Below the pieces are notes generated by a model. It made no database searches and was not told the DNA's origin. It worked only from the letters and a program-made list of their open reading frames with translations. Source: Gammaproteobacteria bacterium (GTDB lineage Bacteria; Pseudomonadota; Gammaproteobacteria; Magnimaribacterales; D2472). Taken from it: a stretch of 64,000 nucleotides of DNA. The translations under genes were made by a program, and so were the position numbers. Of this stretch, positions 44,337 through 53,169 are shown in pieces (the stretch's first letter is position 1; every line of letters starts with the position of its first letter). Location of the stretch: assembly GCA_038108875.1 (NCBI GenBank), contig JAYNII010000002.1:33388-97387 (forward strand), given 5' to 3'.

Positions 44337-46102
44337 TAGTTTTCCTTGTTGAAGGTCGATCTAATATGCAGTTCATCTAGCTGCTGATCTGAAACAGTGC
44401 TAGGAGCACCCGTTAGAAGACAAGTAGCGCTTTGCGTCTTAGGAAAAGCAATGACATCTCTAATATTTTGTGTGCCAGTTAATAACATTGCTATACGATC
44501 TAACCCTAAAGCAATTCCCCCATGTGGAGGGCAGCCAGATTCTAGCGCACTAAGCAAAAATCCAAATTTCTCTTTTGCCTCTGATTTACTAATCTTTAAA
44601 ATCTTAAAAATTTCCATTTGGGTTTCTGCATCGTAAACCCTAAGCGAGCCTCCTCCTATCTCATATCCATTTAAAACAATATCATAAGCGCAAGCCAGTG
44701 CAGATTCGGGATTGTCACGTAGGTCAGAAATCCCTCTTAAAGGTAAAGTAAATGGATGATGTAAAGAAGTTAGATTGCCGTCTTTATCTGTTTCAAACAT
44801 TGGGAAATTTATTATCCATAAGGGAGCCCATTCATGAGTATATAAATTTAAATCTGAGCCAATTTTTCTTATCAAACTGCTCATAGATAAATTTACAGTG
44901 CCTGAGAGGCCTGCGCCAAAGAATATCAAGTCTCCCGTCTTAGCTTGTGAATACTCTAATAAAGCTTCAACACACCGTTTTGATAAAAATTTAAGTATCG
45001 GTGATTGAAGGCCTTCAGAAGAATTAATGTCGTTAATCTTAATGTAAGCTAATCCTTTAGCTCCTAGTTTGCCAACAAAATTAGTATATTCATCAATCTG
45101 GCTTCTTGTCAGACTATTCCCTCCAGGTATTTTCAATGCAACTACCCTACTTTTGGAATCATTTGCCGGATCAGAAAAAACCTTAAATTCCTCATTTTTA
45201 ACTAGTTCATCAATAGCCTTGAGTTCTAGAGGAATTCTAAGATCTGGCTTATCAGATCCGTATCTATCGATTGCGTCTGCATAAGTTAACCTTGGTATTT
45301 CTTGAATCTTATAGTTAGCAAACATACTGAGGAGCTTATTTAGCATACCGCTTGCTAAAGAGATGATGTCCTCTTGAGAGATAAAAGAGGCTTCAATATC
45401 AATCTGGGTAAACTCAGGCTGTCTATCAGCTCTCAAATCTTCATCTCTAAAGCAACGCGCTATCTGATAGTATTTATCAAATCCTGACATCATTAAAAGC
45501 TGTTTAAATAGCTGAGGAGACTGAGGTAGGGCATAAAAATTCCCAGGATTTACTCTACTTGGTACTAAATAATCTCTAGCTCCTTCAGGAGTTGCCTTGG
45601 TTAGAATGGGCGTCTCAAATTCCAAGAAATTATTTTCTTCAAGATAGCGCCTAACCTCAGAGACAATCTTTGAGCGCTTTATAATTCTTTGCTGTGATTC
45701 AGGTCTCCTTAAATCTAAAAAGCGAAATTTCAAACGAACATCTTCATTGATATCTTGATGTTCATCTAAAGGAAACTGAGGGGTAACAGCTTTGCTAAAT
45801 ACGGAAATTTCTTCTGCGAAAATCTCTATTTCCCCAGTTTTCATTTTAGGATTTACAGTCTCCTTGGATCTCCCTTGAACCTTTCCTACGATACTTACTA
45901 CATACTCGCTTCTACAGCCATCAGCAATTTTAAAAGCTTCTAGTTGATTAGGATTGAATACAACCTGAACAATTCCCTCTTTATCTCTTATGTCTAAAAA
46001 AATGACTCCTCCGTGATCTCTTCTCCTATGGAGCCACCCACATATGGTTACATTGGACCCTATATGTTTGGTAGTTATTTCCCCGCAATAGTTTGTTCTC
46101 AT
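44336..46102 (-). CDS. aspS: Aspartyl-tRNA synthetase
   Basis: 588 aa. OB anticodon-binding N-terminus, QSPQLFKQLLM, FRDEDLRADRQPEFTQID and GGIALGLDR. Confidence 0.95.
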   Translation of the reverse strand: MRTNYCGEITTKHIGSNVTICGWLHRRRDHGGVIFLDIRDKEGIVQVVFNPNQLEAFKIADGCRSEYVVSIVGKVQGRSKETVNPKMKTGEIEIFAEEISVFSKAVTPQFPLDEHQDINEDVRLKFRFLDLRRPESQQRIIKRSKIVSEVRRYLEENNFLEFETPILTKATPEGARDYLVPSRVNPGNFYALPQSPQLFKQLLMMSGFDKYYQIARCFRDEDLRADRQPEFTQIDIEASFISQEDIISLASGMLNKLLSMFANYKIQEIPRLTYADAIDRYGSDKPDLRIPLELKAIDELVKNEEFKVFSDPANDSKSRVVALKIPGGNSLTRSQIDEYTNFVGKLGAKGLAYIKINDINSSEGLQSPILKFLSKRCVEALLEYSQAKTGDLIFFGAGLSGTVNLSMSSLIRKIGSDLNLYTHEWAPLWIINFPMFETDKDGNLTSLHHPFTLPLRGISDLRDNPESALACAYDIVLNGYEIGGGSLRVYDAETQMEIFKILKISKSEAKEKFGFLLSALESGCPPHGGIALGLDRIAMLLTGTQNIRDVIAFPKTQSATCLLTGAPSTVSDQQLDELHIRSTFNKEN

Positions 46103-46396
46103 TTAACCAGCCTGTTTGTTTTCTTTAGGTGATTTCTCTACTTTATCATTTCCTGAGTCTTTCTTGGAATTTGACCCTGCTGAGGAATCCTCAGAACCTG
46201 ATATATTTTTCTTATTTCCAGTTTTAAAATCAGTCTCATACCATCCGGATCCCTTTAATCTAAAGGCAGGAGCAGAAATTTGTTTTTTTAATTCCCCGCC
46301 GCATGCTTCACATGTTTTTAGCGGATCCTCAATAATTTTTTGCAAAATTTCAAATTCTAGGCTGCATTTTAAGCATTTATACTCATAAATAGGCAT
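46103..46396 (-). CDS. FmdB-family zinc-ribbon protein with a Ser/Lys/Gly-rich tail
   Basis: 97 aa. [11 protein letters not shown]...CEACGG double CxxC. The stop abuts the aspS start. Confidence 0.7.
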   Translation of the reverse strand: MPIYEYKCLKCSLEFEILQKIIEDPLKTCEACGGELKKQISAPAFRLKGSGWYETDFKTGNKKNISGSEDSSAGSNSKKDSGNDKVEKSPKENKQAG

Positions 46397-46449
46397 AAGT
46401 TCTCTAAAAAAATATAGAATTATAAACTAAATGGTGTAACCTCAATACT

Positions 46450-47727
46450 ATGCTTGCTTCTAAAAATTTTGTACCCCTCATCAAAGACACTCCAGCCGAA
46501 GCTGAAGTTATAAGTCATCAATTGTTATTAAGAGCAGGAATGATCAGAAAAGTTGCATCTGGCATTTACAATTGGCTTCCTATGGGTTTTAAGACCTTAA
46601 AACTTATTGAAAATATAGTGCGTGAAGAAATTGCAAATACTGGATCTCAAGAAATATTTATGCCCATGGTTCAACCCAGGGATCTCTGGGAAGACTCCAA
46701 AAGATGGGATAAGTTTGGACCTGAATTATTAAGATTTAAAGATAGACATGACAGAGATTTTTGTTTGGGCCCTACTCATGAAGAAATTATCACAGACCTT
46801 ATTAGAAATAATTTAAATAGTTACAAGGAATTGCCCCTTAGCTTATTTCAAATACAAACAAAATTCCGAGATGAAATAAGACCCAGATATGGAATTATGA
46901 GAGGAAGAGAGTTTCTGATGAAAGATGCTTATAGTTTTCATATAAATCTTGAATGTTTAAATAATACCTATCTGGCAATGCGAGAAGCTTACAAAAAAAT
47001 ATTTGATAGATTGGGACTAGCCTTCAAAATTGTTAAAGCAGACTCGGGAGCAATTGGTGGTGAAGTATCAGAAGAATTTCATGTACTTGCAGAGAGTGGT
47101 GAAGACACTCTGGCCTTTAGTCAAGAATCAGAAATTGCAGTAAATGCTGAACTATTAGTTAAAGAAAATGAAGACATAAATTCCTTGGAAGGAAAACTAT
47201 TTCCTGGTTCCTCCGAGTTCATAAAATTAGCAAAGGGAATTGAAGTTGGTCATATATTCCAACTTGGTAGTGTTTATTCAAATAATATGAACGCAACTGT
47301 GTTAGATGAAAATGGGGAACGGCAAACACTTCAAATGGGATGCTATGGTATTGGAGTTTCTAGAATAGTAGCTGCATCAATTGAGCAAAATAATGATAAG
47401 AAAGGTATCATTTGGCCAAAAAGTATTGCTCCAGTACAAATATCTATTTTGCCAATTTTTAAGGAATTTTCTGATCAAAATTTTGTTTTTGCACAACAAC
47501 TTTATTCAAGGCTTACAAAGGCGGGGCTAAGAGTCATGCTTGATGATAGACAAGAAAGATTTGGTAAGAAAATTACTGAATCTGAGTTGATTGGATCATG
47601 CTATGCTTTAGTTATTGGTAAAACATACAATGATCAAAACACTATCGAAGTATTAGCAAGAAATGGCACTAAAACAGAATTAAGAGATTCTGAGATTGAA
47701 AAATTCTTAATTAAAGCCTTTCAATAA
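46450..47727 (+). CDS. proS: Prolyl-tRNA synthetase, bacterial-type catalytic core without the INS editing domain
   Basis: 425 aa. Collinear with E. coli ProRS at both ends (PAEAEVISHQLLLRAGMIRK, FRDEIRPRYGIMRGREFLMKDAYSF, GIEVGHIFQLG, GCYGIGVSR). Only 43 residues lie where the INS domain sits. Confidence 0.88.
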   Translation: MLASKNFVPLIKDTPAEAEVISHQLLLRAGMIRKVASGIYNWLPMGFKTLKLIENIVREEIANTGSQEIFMPMVQPRDLWEDSKRWDKFGPELLRFKDRHDRDFCLGPTHEEIITDLIRNNLNSYKELPLSLFQIQTKFRDEIRPRYGIMRGREFLMKDAYSFHINLECLNNTYLAMREAYKKIFDRLGLAFKIVKADSGAIGGEVSEEFHVLAESGEDTLAFSQESEIAVNAELLVKENEDINSLEGKLFPGSSEFIKLAKGIEVGHIFQLGSVYSNNMNATVLDENGERQTLQMGCYGIGVSRIVAASIEQNNDKKGIIWPKSIAPVQISILPIFKEFSDQNFVFAQQLYSRLTKAGLRVMLDDRQERFGKKITESELIGSCYALVIGKTYNDQNTIEVLARNGTKTELRDSEIEKFLIKAFQ

Positions 47728-48889
47728 TTGAAGCGTTGGCTGTTCCTCCACCCTCGCAGATAGCTTGAAGCCCATATTTACCCTTGCGCCTTTGTAGCTC
47801 ATACACAAGCGTAGTCATTAGTTTTGCTCCAGTTGCGCCTAGAGGATGCCCCAGTGCCATTGCGCCGCCATTAACATTTAATTTTGCTCTAAGAGCTCTA
47901 ACTTCTATTTCCCAAGCTAGAGGAACAGGAGCAAAAGCCTCATTCACTTCGTAGAGATCAATATCATCAATAGATAGCCCTGCAGCATTGAGAACTTTTT
48001 TAGTCGCAGGAATTGGCCCTGTAAGCATAAAAACTGGATCATCTCCAACCACGCTTATTGCAACAAATCTAGCGATAGGGTCTGAAGAGATCTTCTTTAA
48101 CCCAGCTTCATTGCAAACCATAATTGCAGCTGCGCCATCAGTAATTTGGCTAGCATTGCCAGCAGTAATCACACCCCCTTCAGAAACAGATTTTAAACCT
48201 GATAAAGCTTCAAGCGACGCATCATATCTAATGCCTTCATCTTTTAAAACTAGATCAGAAATGCCTTCAGAATTTTTTCCAGGAATTGGCAGGATTTCAT
48301 TATCAAAATAGCCTTCCTTGGTTGCATTAGCAGCTTTCTGATGGCTTGAAAGAGCAAAAGCATCCAATGTTTCTCTACTTAATTTCCATTTCTTTGCAAC
48401 CAACTCTGCTCCAGTGAATTGAGAAAAATATACTCCTGGGTATCTTTGCTTAATTCCTTCAGAATCAAATGGCAAACCATGTCCAGCTTCGTAACCATCT
48501 TTAATACTTGCTCCAATAGGAACTAAAGACATAACCTCTACACCTCCTGCAATTACAACATCTTGAGTTCCTGACATAACTGCCTGAACAGCAAAATGAA
48601 TTGCCTGTTGAGAAGAGCCACACTGTCTATCGACTGACGTTCCAGGAACTGATTCTGGAAGAGATGATGAGAGAATAGCATTTCTAGCAATATTTCCAGA
48701 CTGGGCTCCAACTTGATCCACGCATCCAAAAATAACATCGTCAACATCAGCAGGATTTACACCTGATCTAACTATCAATTCATCTAAAACTTTAGCGCCC
48801 AAATCTGCCGGATGCCATTTTGAAAGACTTCCATTTCGTTTACCGCCAGCAGTTCTAACCGCTGCCACAAGATAAGCCGTATCTGCCAT
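47711..48889 (-). CDS. Acetyl-CoA C-acetyl/acyltransferase (thiolase)
   Basis: 392 aa. Active-site Cys in VDRQCGSSQQA, NVNGGAMALGHPLGATG, and a C-terminal CEGGGTANA. Confidence 0.88.
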   Translation of the reverse strand: MADTAYLVAAVRTAGGKRNGSLSKWHPADLGAKVLDELIVRSGVNPADVDDVIFGCVDQVGAQSGNIARNAILSSSLPESVPGTSVDRQCGSSQQAIHFAVQAVMSGTQDVVIAGGVEVMSLVPIGASIKDGYEAGHGLPFDSEGIKQRYPGVYFSQFTGAELVAKKWKLSRETLDAFALSSHQKAANATKEGYFDNEILPIPGKNSEGISDLVLKDEGIRYDASLEALSGLKSVSEGGVITAGNASQITDGAAAIMVCNEAGLKKISSDPIARFVAISVVGDDPVFMLTGPIPATKKVLNAAGLSIDDIDLYEVNEAFAPVPLAWEIEVRALRAKLNVNGGAMALGHPLGATGAKLMTTLVYELQRRKGKYGLQAICEGGGTANASIIERL

Positions 48890-48941
48890 ATATCACTCCA
48901 AAGACAAGATATACTACATAATTTTTCTCTTTAAGAAAAAT

Positions 48942-49961
48942 CTATTTTCTTGTTTTACCCTTAGGTGCTATGTATGAAGCTTTGATTTCTTTTAAAAGTG
49001 AATTTCTTATCTTTGCATTGTCTTTCAAGAATTGGCTTGCATTATTCTTTCCTTGACCAATCTTTTCACCATTATATGAATACCATGCTCCAGCTTTCTC
49101 GATAAGTCCAAGTTTTTGACCAAACTCAAGAATTTCTCCTTCAACATTGATACCCTCTCCATACATTATTTGAAATTCAGCAGATTTAAAGGGGGGAGCA
49201 ACCTTATTTTTTACAACCTTAACTCTTGTTTCACTACCAATCACTTCTTCTCCATCTTTTACTGAACCAATTCTTCTAATATCTAGACGAACTGAAGAAT
49301 AAAATTTAAGAGCATTTCCCCCAGTGGTTGTCTCAGGATTTCCAAACATTACCCCTATCTTCATTCTTATCTGGTTGATAAATATAACCATTGCATTGGA
49401 TCTTTGTATGTTCCCAGTTATTTTTCTTAGAGCTTGTGACATCAATCTTGCCTGCAGACCTACATGATGATCACCCATTTCGCCTTCTATCTCCGCCCTT
49501 GGCGTAAGCGCAGCTACGGAATCTACAACTATTAAATCAACTGAGTTTGATTTTACCAGCATGTCAGTAACCTCTAATGCCTGTTCACCCGTATCTGGCT
49601 GTGATAGAAGAAGTTCATCAACATTGACACCCAATTTTTCTGCATAAGAAGGATCAAGTGCATGCTCAGCATCAATAAATGCTGCTGTACCACCCTCCTT
49701 TTGGCATTCTGCTATAGCTTGTAGAGTCAAAGTTGTTTTACCTGAAGATTCTGGTCCAAAGATTTCAATAACTCTTCCTTTTGGAAGTCCTCCGATACCC
49801 AATGCAATATCTAGTCCTAGAGATCCAGTAGATACAGCAGGAATATCAACAAATTCCCTTTCACCCATCTTCATAACCGTTCCTTTACCAAACTGTTTTT
49901 CAATCTGAGATAAAGTTTCGCTCAATTGTTTAGACCTATTTTCTTTAGTTTTATCATTCAT
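48942..49961 (-). CDS. recA: Recombinase RecA
   Basis: 339 aa. Walker [18 protein letters not shown] and L2-loop [15 protein letters not shown]. Confidence 0.97.
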   Translation of the reverse strand: MNDKTKENRSKQLSETLSQIEKQFGKGTVMKMGEREFVDIPAVSTGSLGLDIALGIGGLPKGRVIEIFGPESSGKTTLTLQAIAECQKEGGTAAFIDAEHALDPSYAEKLGVNVDELLLSQPDTGEQALEVTDMLVKSNSVDLIVVDSVAALTPRAEIEGEMGDHHVGLQARLMSQALRKITGNIQRSNAMVIFINQIRMKIGVMFGNPETTTGGNALKFYSSVRLDIRRIGSVKDGEEVIGSETRVKVVKNKVAPPFKSAEFQIMYGEGINVEGEILEFGQKLGLIEKAGAWYSYNGEKIGQGKNNASQFLKDNAKIRNSLLKEIKASYIAPKGKTRK

Positions 49962-49971
49962 AGTGAACTCC

Positions 49972-49991
49972 TACTGTATATTTATACAGTA
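49972..49991. promoter_or_regulatory. LexA (SOS) box TACTGTATATTTATACAGTA
   Basis: Perfect gammaproteobacterial CTGT-N8-ACAG palindrome 11 nt upstream of the recA ATG. It overlaps the predicted -10. Confidence 0.85.
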
Positions 49992-50015
49992 TAAAATAAT
50001 ACATACTTTTTGCAA
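49988..50015 (-). promoter_or_regulatory. Putative sigma70 promoter of recA (-35 TTGCAA, 16-nt spacer, -10 TATACT)
   Basis: Read on the minus strand. TTGCAA lies at 50010-50015 and TATACT at 49988-49993. A GGAG Shine-Dalgarno precedes the ATG. Confidence 0.5.
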
Positions 50016-50085
50016 TTATTATTTGCTTTTTTTCTGCTAGCTAAAAAACAAAACGTTGGTAGAATCATACCTTAAATATTGATAT

Positions 50086-50409
50086 ATGACCTTTGTTGTT
50101 ACTGAATCTTGCATAAAATGCAAACATACTGACTGCGTAGAAGTCTGCCCAGTCGATTGTTTCTACGAAGGGCCAAATTTTCTAGTCATTCATCCTGACG
50201 AATGTATTGATTGCGCCTTATGTGAGCCAGAGTGTCCCGTTGATGCAATATTTTCTGAGGATGAATTGCCAAAGGATCAGATCGAATTTATAGAAATAAA
50301 TGCAGAGCTAGCAGAAATTTGGCCAAACATAACTGAGCAGATTCCTCCTCTTCCCGAAGCCGAAGAATTTAAAAACATCATGCCTAAAAGGCATCTCCTA
50401 GAGAGATAA
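50086..50409 (+). CDS. fdxA: 7Fe ([3Fe-4S][4Fe-4S]) ferredoxin FdxA
   Basis: 107 aa. Motifs [28 protein letters not shown] and [16 protein letters not shown]. Confidence 0.9.
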   Translation: MTFVVTESCIKCKHTDCVEVCPVDCFYEGPNFLVIHPDECIDCALCEPECPVDAIFSEDELPKDQIEFIEINAELAEIWPNITEQIPPLPEAEEFKNIMPKRHLLER

Positions 50410-50412
50410 TTG

Positions 50413-51036
50413 TTATAAAAAATTTACTTTCGAAGGAGACAAAGGCACTCCTTGATGCCTAATTTGAAATCTTAGCATTGGTCTAGATGCTTCTGTTTGA
50501 CCCAGGGATGCGATAATCTCTCCTTCAGAAACGCTGTCGCCTGGGTTAACTAAAATTTCCTTTAAATGACCATAAAAACTTAGATACTGGTCTTTGTGCT
50601 CTATAAGAATAATATTGCCATATCCAGGAATAACAGCGCCCGCTGCTACAACCTTCCCAGCTTTTGCTGCACTTATAGCTTCGCCACCATTACCCTGAAA
50701 AAATATCCAGCTACCTGAAGAAGATTTTTTAATACTCCTTTTGACTGGAAAACTCCAAGCAACAAACTGTTCAGATTTTGCTGTTTTATGAATTATGATT
50801 TTATCTCCTGGAAAGACAGTATTAGATCTAATGTTTGGATTGAGTTCTAAAATTTTTTCAATGGAAATATTGTTCTCTTTAGCAATGCTCCATAAGCTAT
50901 CACCCTTCTTTATTGTATATATATCTCTTGATGAAACTGGTGGAGAAGATAGCTTTCTAAAAGTCTGAGTATCAGAATCTATGGTTTGGCATGCTGAAAT
51001 ACAAAAAAATACTGAAAGTAAAAAAATATTCCTCAA
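50413..51036 (-). CDS. nlpD: NlpD-like lipoprotein (LysM plus degenerate LytM/M23 domain)
   Basis: 207 aa. Lipobox FCISACQ and LysM (YTIKKGDSLWSIAKENNISIEKILELN). The M23-like C-terminus lacks the HxxxD and HxH metal ligands, as in the amidase activator NlpD. Confidence 0.75.
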   Translation of the reverse strand: MRNIFLLSVFFCISACQTIDSDTQTFRKLSSPPVSSRDIYTIKKGDSLWSIAKENNISIEKILELNPNIRSNTVFPGDKIIIHKTAKSEQFVAWSFPVKRSIKKSSSGSWIFFQGNGGEAISAAKAGKVVAAGAVIPGYGNIILIEHKDQYLSFYGHLKEILVNPGDSVSEGEIIASLGQTEASRPMLRFQIRHQGVPLSPSKVNFL

Positions 51037-51752
51037 AATAATAATATTCCTGATATAAAAATAAGACCTGAAAAAAAATTGTCTAGAGATATTTGATGTT
51101 TGGAATAAATAACTAAGATTATTCTGGGTAAAATTATTAAAGCCAACAAGCAGCCCATCCCAAAAGGAAATAAAACCTCAAAATCAAGTTCAGATACTCC
51201 TCTTATAATTACCTCATAGAAACCTATAACAACTAAAATTGCGCTGCCAGAAATACCAGGAATAATAAAGAAGCTGAACGCTATTAAACCTGCTAAGAAT
51301 AAAGAGATTGAGGAAATTGCAAAACCGCCGGGATTAAAACTTCCTAGCATAAAACCAAAGGTTATACCTGCAAAAACTGGCAATAAAGAACTGATAGAAA
51401 ATAGGTCATTTTTGGAACGAAAAATAATCAAAAAAGCAATAATCAGCATTGCCACAGCAATCAGAAGATAGAAAATTTGTGAATAATTCTCAAAGATATA
51501 CACTATGGTTTTAGAAAAAAATAAAACACCTAAAGCCATAAAAAAAATCAGTAAAAAAATATTTAAAATCTCATATTTTTTAAATTCTTGAATTGGTCTT
51601 TGCCAAAACCCAAAACTTGTTAGGACTTTTGCAGATAAAATGATGTGTTCATAAACTTTGAATAATAAAGCAACTGTGGAACCTGATACTCCAGGTATGA
51701 GTTCTGCACATCCCATGAATATTCCTGCAAAAATGTAACGAAGTTTGCTCAT
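51033..51752 (-). CDS. DUF368 family membrane protein (putative undecaprenyl-phosphate translocase family)
   Basis: 239 aa. Duplicated signature ELIPGVSGSTVALL and IIPGISGSAILVVIG in a polytopic protein. Confidence 0.65.
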   Translation of the reverse strand: MSKLRYIFAGIFMGCAELIPGVSGSTVALLFKVYEHIILSAKVLTSFGFWQRPIQEFKKYEILNIFLLIFFMALGVLFFSKTIVYIFENYSQIFYLLIAVAMLIIAFLIIFRSKNDLFSISSLLPVFAGITFGFMLGSFNPGGFAISSISLFLAGLIAFSFFIIPGISGSAILVVIGFYEVIIRGVSELDFEVLFPFGMGCLLALIILPRIILVIYSKHQISLDNFFSGLIFISGILLF

Positions 51753-51755
51753 TAT

Positions 51756-52427
51756 TTAGTCATCAACTGAAAGCCCTGTAAGCATTGGAACAAATGATAC
51801 ATTATCTAGTTCATGGCTTGAGTATTCATTGTCTTCTAATTTTGTATATACATTTAATTTTTGTTTTCCTGCAATTCCAACAGGCATTATTATCCTAGAT
51901 CCAATATTTATTAGGTCTAAAAGATGCTCTTGGAAAATAATGGGAGCTGCAGCACAAATGATGCCATCAAATTTTCCTAGATCTGAAATATCACTCATCC
52001 CATCAGCATGCTTGATAAGAACATTTCTAATACCAATTGAGCTAAGATTTTGCCTACTCTTTATTACTAGCGGTTTAATCCTTTCTAATCCAACAACTTC
52101 ATTAGCAAAGTATGAAAGAATAGCGCTCTGGTAACCACATCCAGAACCTATTTCAAGCAATCTATCAAACTTCTTTGATCCCTTAAGGTCTTTTATAAGC
52201 TCTTCTGTCATTCTTGCTACCGTGAGTGGTTGAGAAATAGTTTGTTTATGACCAATTGTTAAAGCTATGTTTTCATAAGCGCGTGAATGGAGTGCCTCAT
52301 CTATAAAAATATGTCGTTTTACTTTATTAATAGCATCCAGAACTCTAAAATCTTTTATGCCTAAATTTAGTAATTCTTCAAGCATTTTTTCTCTTACTCT
52401 TGAAAATGTAAATCCAGATTTATTCAT
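51756..52427 (-). CDS. pcm: Protein-L-isoaspartate O-methyltransferase
   Basis: 223 aa. TISQPLTVARM and SAM motif LEIGSGCGYQSA. Confidence 0.9.
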   Translation of the reverse strand: MNKSGFTFSRVREKMLEELLNLGIKDFRVLDAINKVKRHIFIDEALHSRAYENIALTIGHKQTISQPLTVARMTEELIKDLKGSKKFDRLLEIGSGCGYQSAILSYFANEVVGLERIKPLVIKSRQNLSSIGIRNVLIKHADGMSDISDLGKFDGIICAAAPIIFQEHLLDLINIGSRIIMPVGIAGKQKLNVYTKLEDNEYSSHELDNVSFVPMLTGLSVDD

Positions 52428-53169
52428 TTAATTCTATTTCCAAACCCGGCAAAACCGAGGTTGGATTATCAGTTAGAGAGTAATCAAGAAAAGAAATTGA
52501 TACGAAGCCATTGTTGATTGCATGAACATCAGTATTTTCAGGGACGTCAGAGGGTATAGATGAAGGGCCAATTTGATAGATTAAATTTCTATCATTCTTC
52601 TTGATCAAATCTGGAAAAGATTGAGGTCGTATATTGTTGAGCTTTGTTATTTTGATTCCTCTAAATAAAGAACGTGTAATATCAGGAATATTAATATTAA
52701 TAAGAATATTTGAATCTATTCTCATAGATCTGATTTTTAAAACCAAATTGCTGCTAAGGTCAGCAATAAAATTAACATCTCTGGGATTGTAAGATGCAAC
52801 AGAAATTGCAATTGGAGGGAATTCTAAGCCCCTGCCTGAAAGCGCAGCTCCCACTGTTCCAGAATAAAATACATCGTTACCTAGATTTGCTCCTAAATTA
52901 ATTCCTGATACAACTTGAGATATTTTTCCATGGTAAAGAGAAGTTAGACCCAAGTAGCTACAATCTGCTGGAGTTCCGTCTACTATGTAATAGTTTTCAT
53001 CAACACTTTCTAAATAAATATCCTTTTTTAGTGAAATGCAGGCACTCATTCCGCTGCAATTTTTTCTTGGAGCAACGATTTTAATATCTGCTTGGTTTTT
53101 TAGCTTTAGAAATAGTTCTTGAATGCCTAGGGCATCAAATCCATCATCGTTAGTAAGCAATATAGCCAT
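52420..53169 (-). CDS. surE: 5'/3'-nucleotidase SurE
   Basis: 249 aa. N-terminal ILLTNDDG, GINLGANLG and YSGTVGAA. Confidence 0.9.
   Translation of the reverse strand: MAILLTNDDGFDALGIQELFLKLKNQADIKIVAPRKNCSGMSACISLKKDIYLESVDENYYIVDGTPADCSYLGLTSLYHGKISQVVSGINLGANLGNDVFYSGTVGAALSGRGLEFPPIAISVASYNPRDVNFIADLSSNLVLKIRSMRIDSNILININIPDITRSLFRGIKITKLNNIRPQSFPDLIKKNDRNLIYQIGPSSIPSDVPENTDVHAINNGFVSISFLDYSLTDNPTSVLPGLEIELNE

Noticed and set aside
48921-48941. An 8-bp AT-rich hairpin (ATTTTTCT-cttta-AGAAAAAT) directly after the recA stop, considered as a candidate terminator.
   Set aside because: The stem has a single G:C pair and no following U-tract on the transcribed strand. It is too weak to call an intrinsic terminator in AT-rich DNA, where such palindromes arise by chance.
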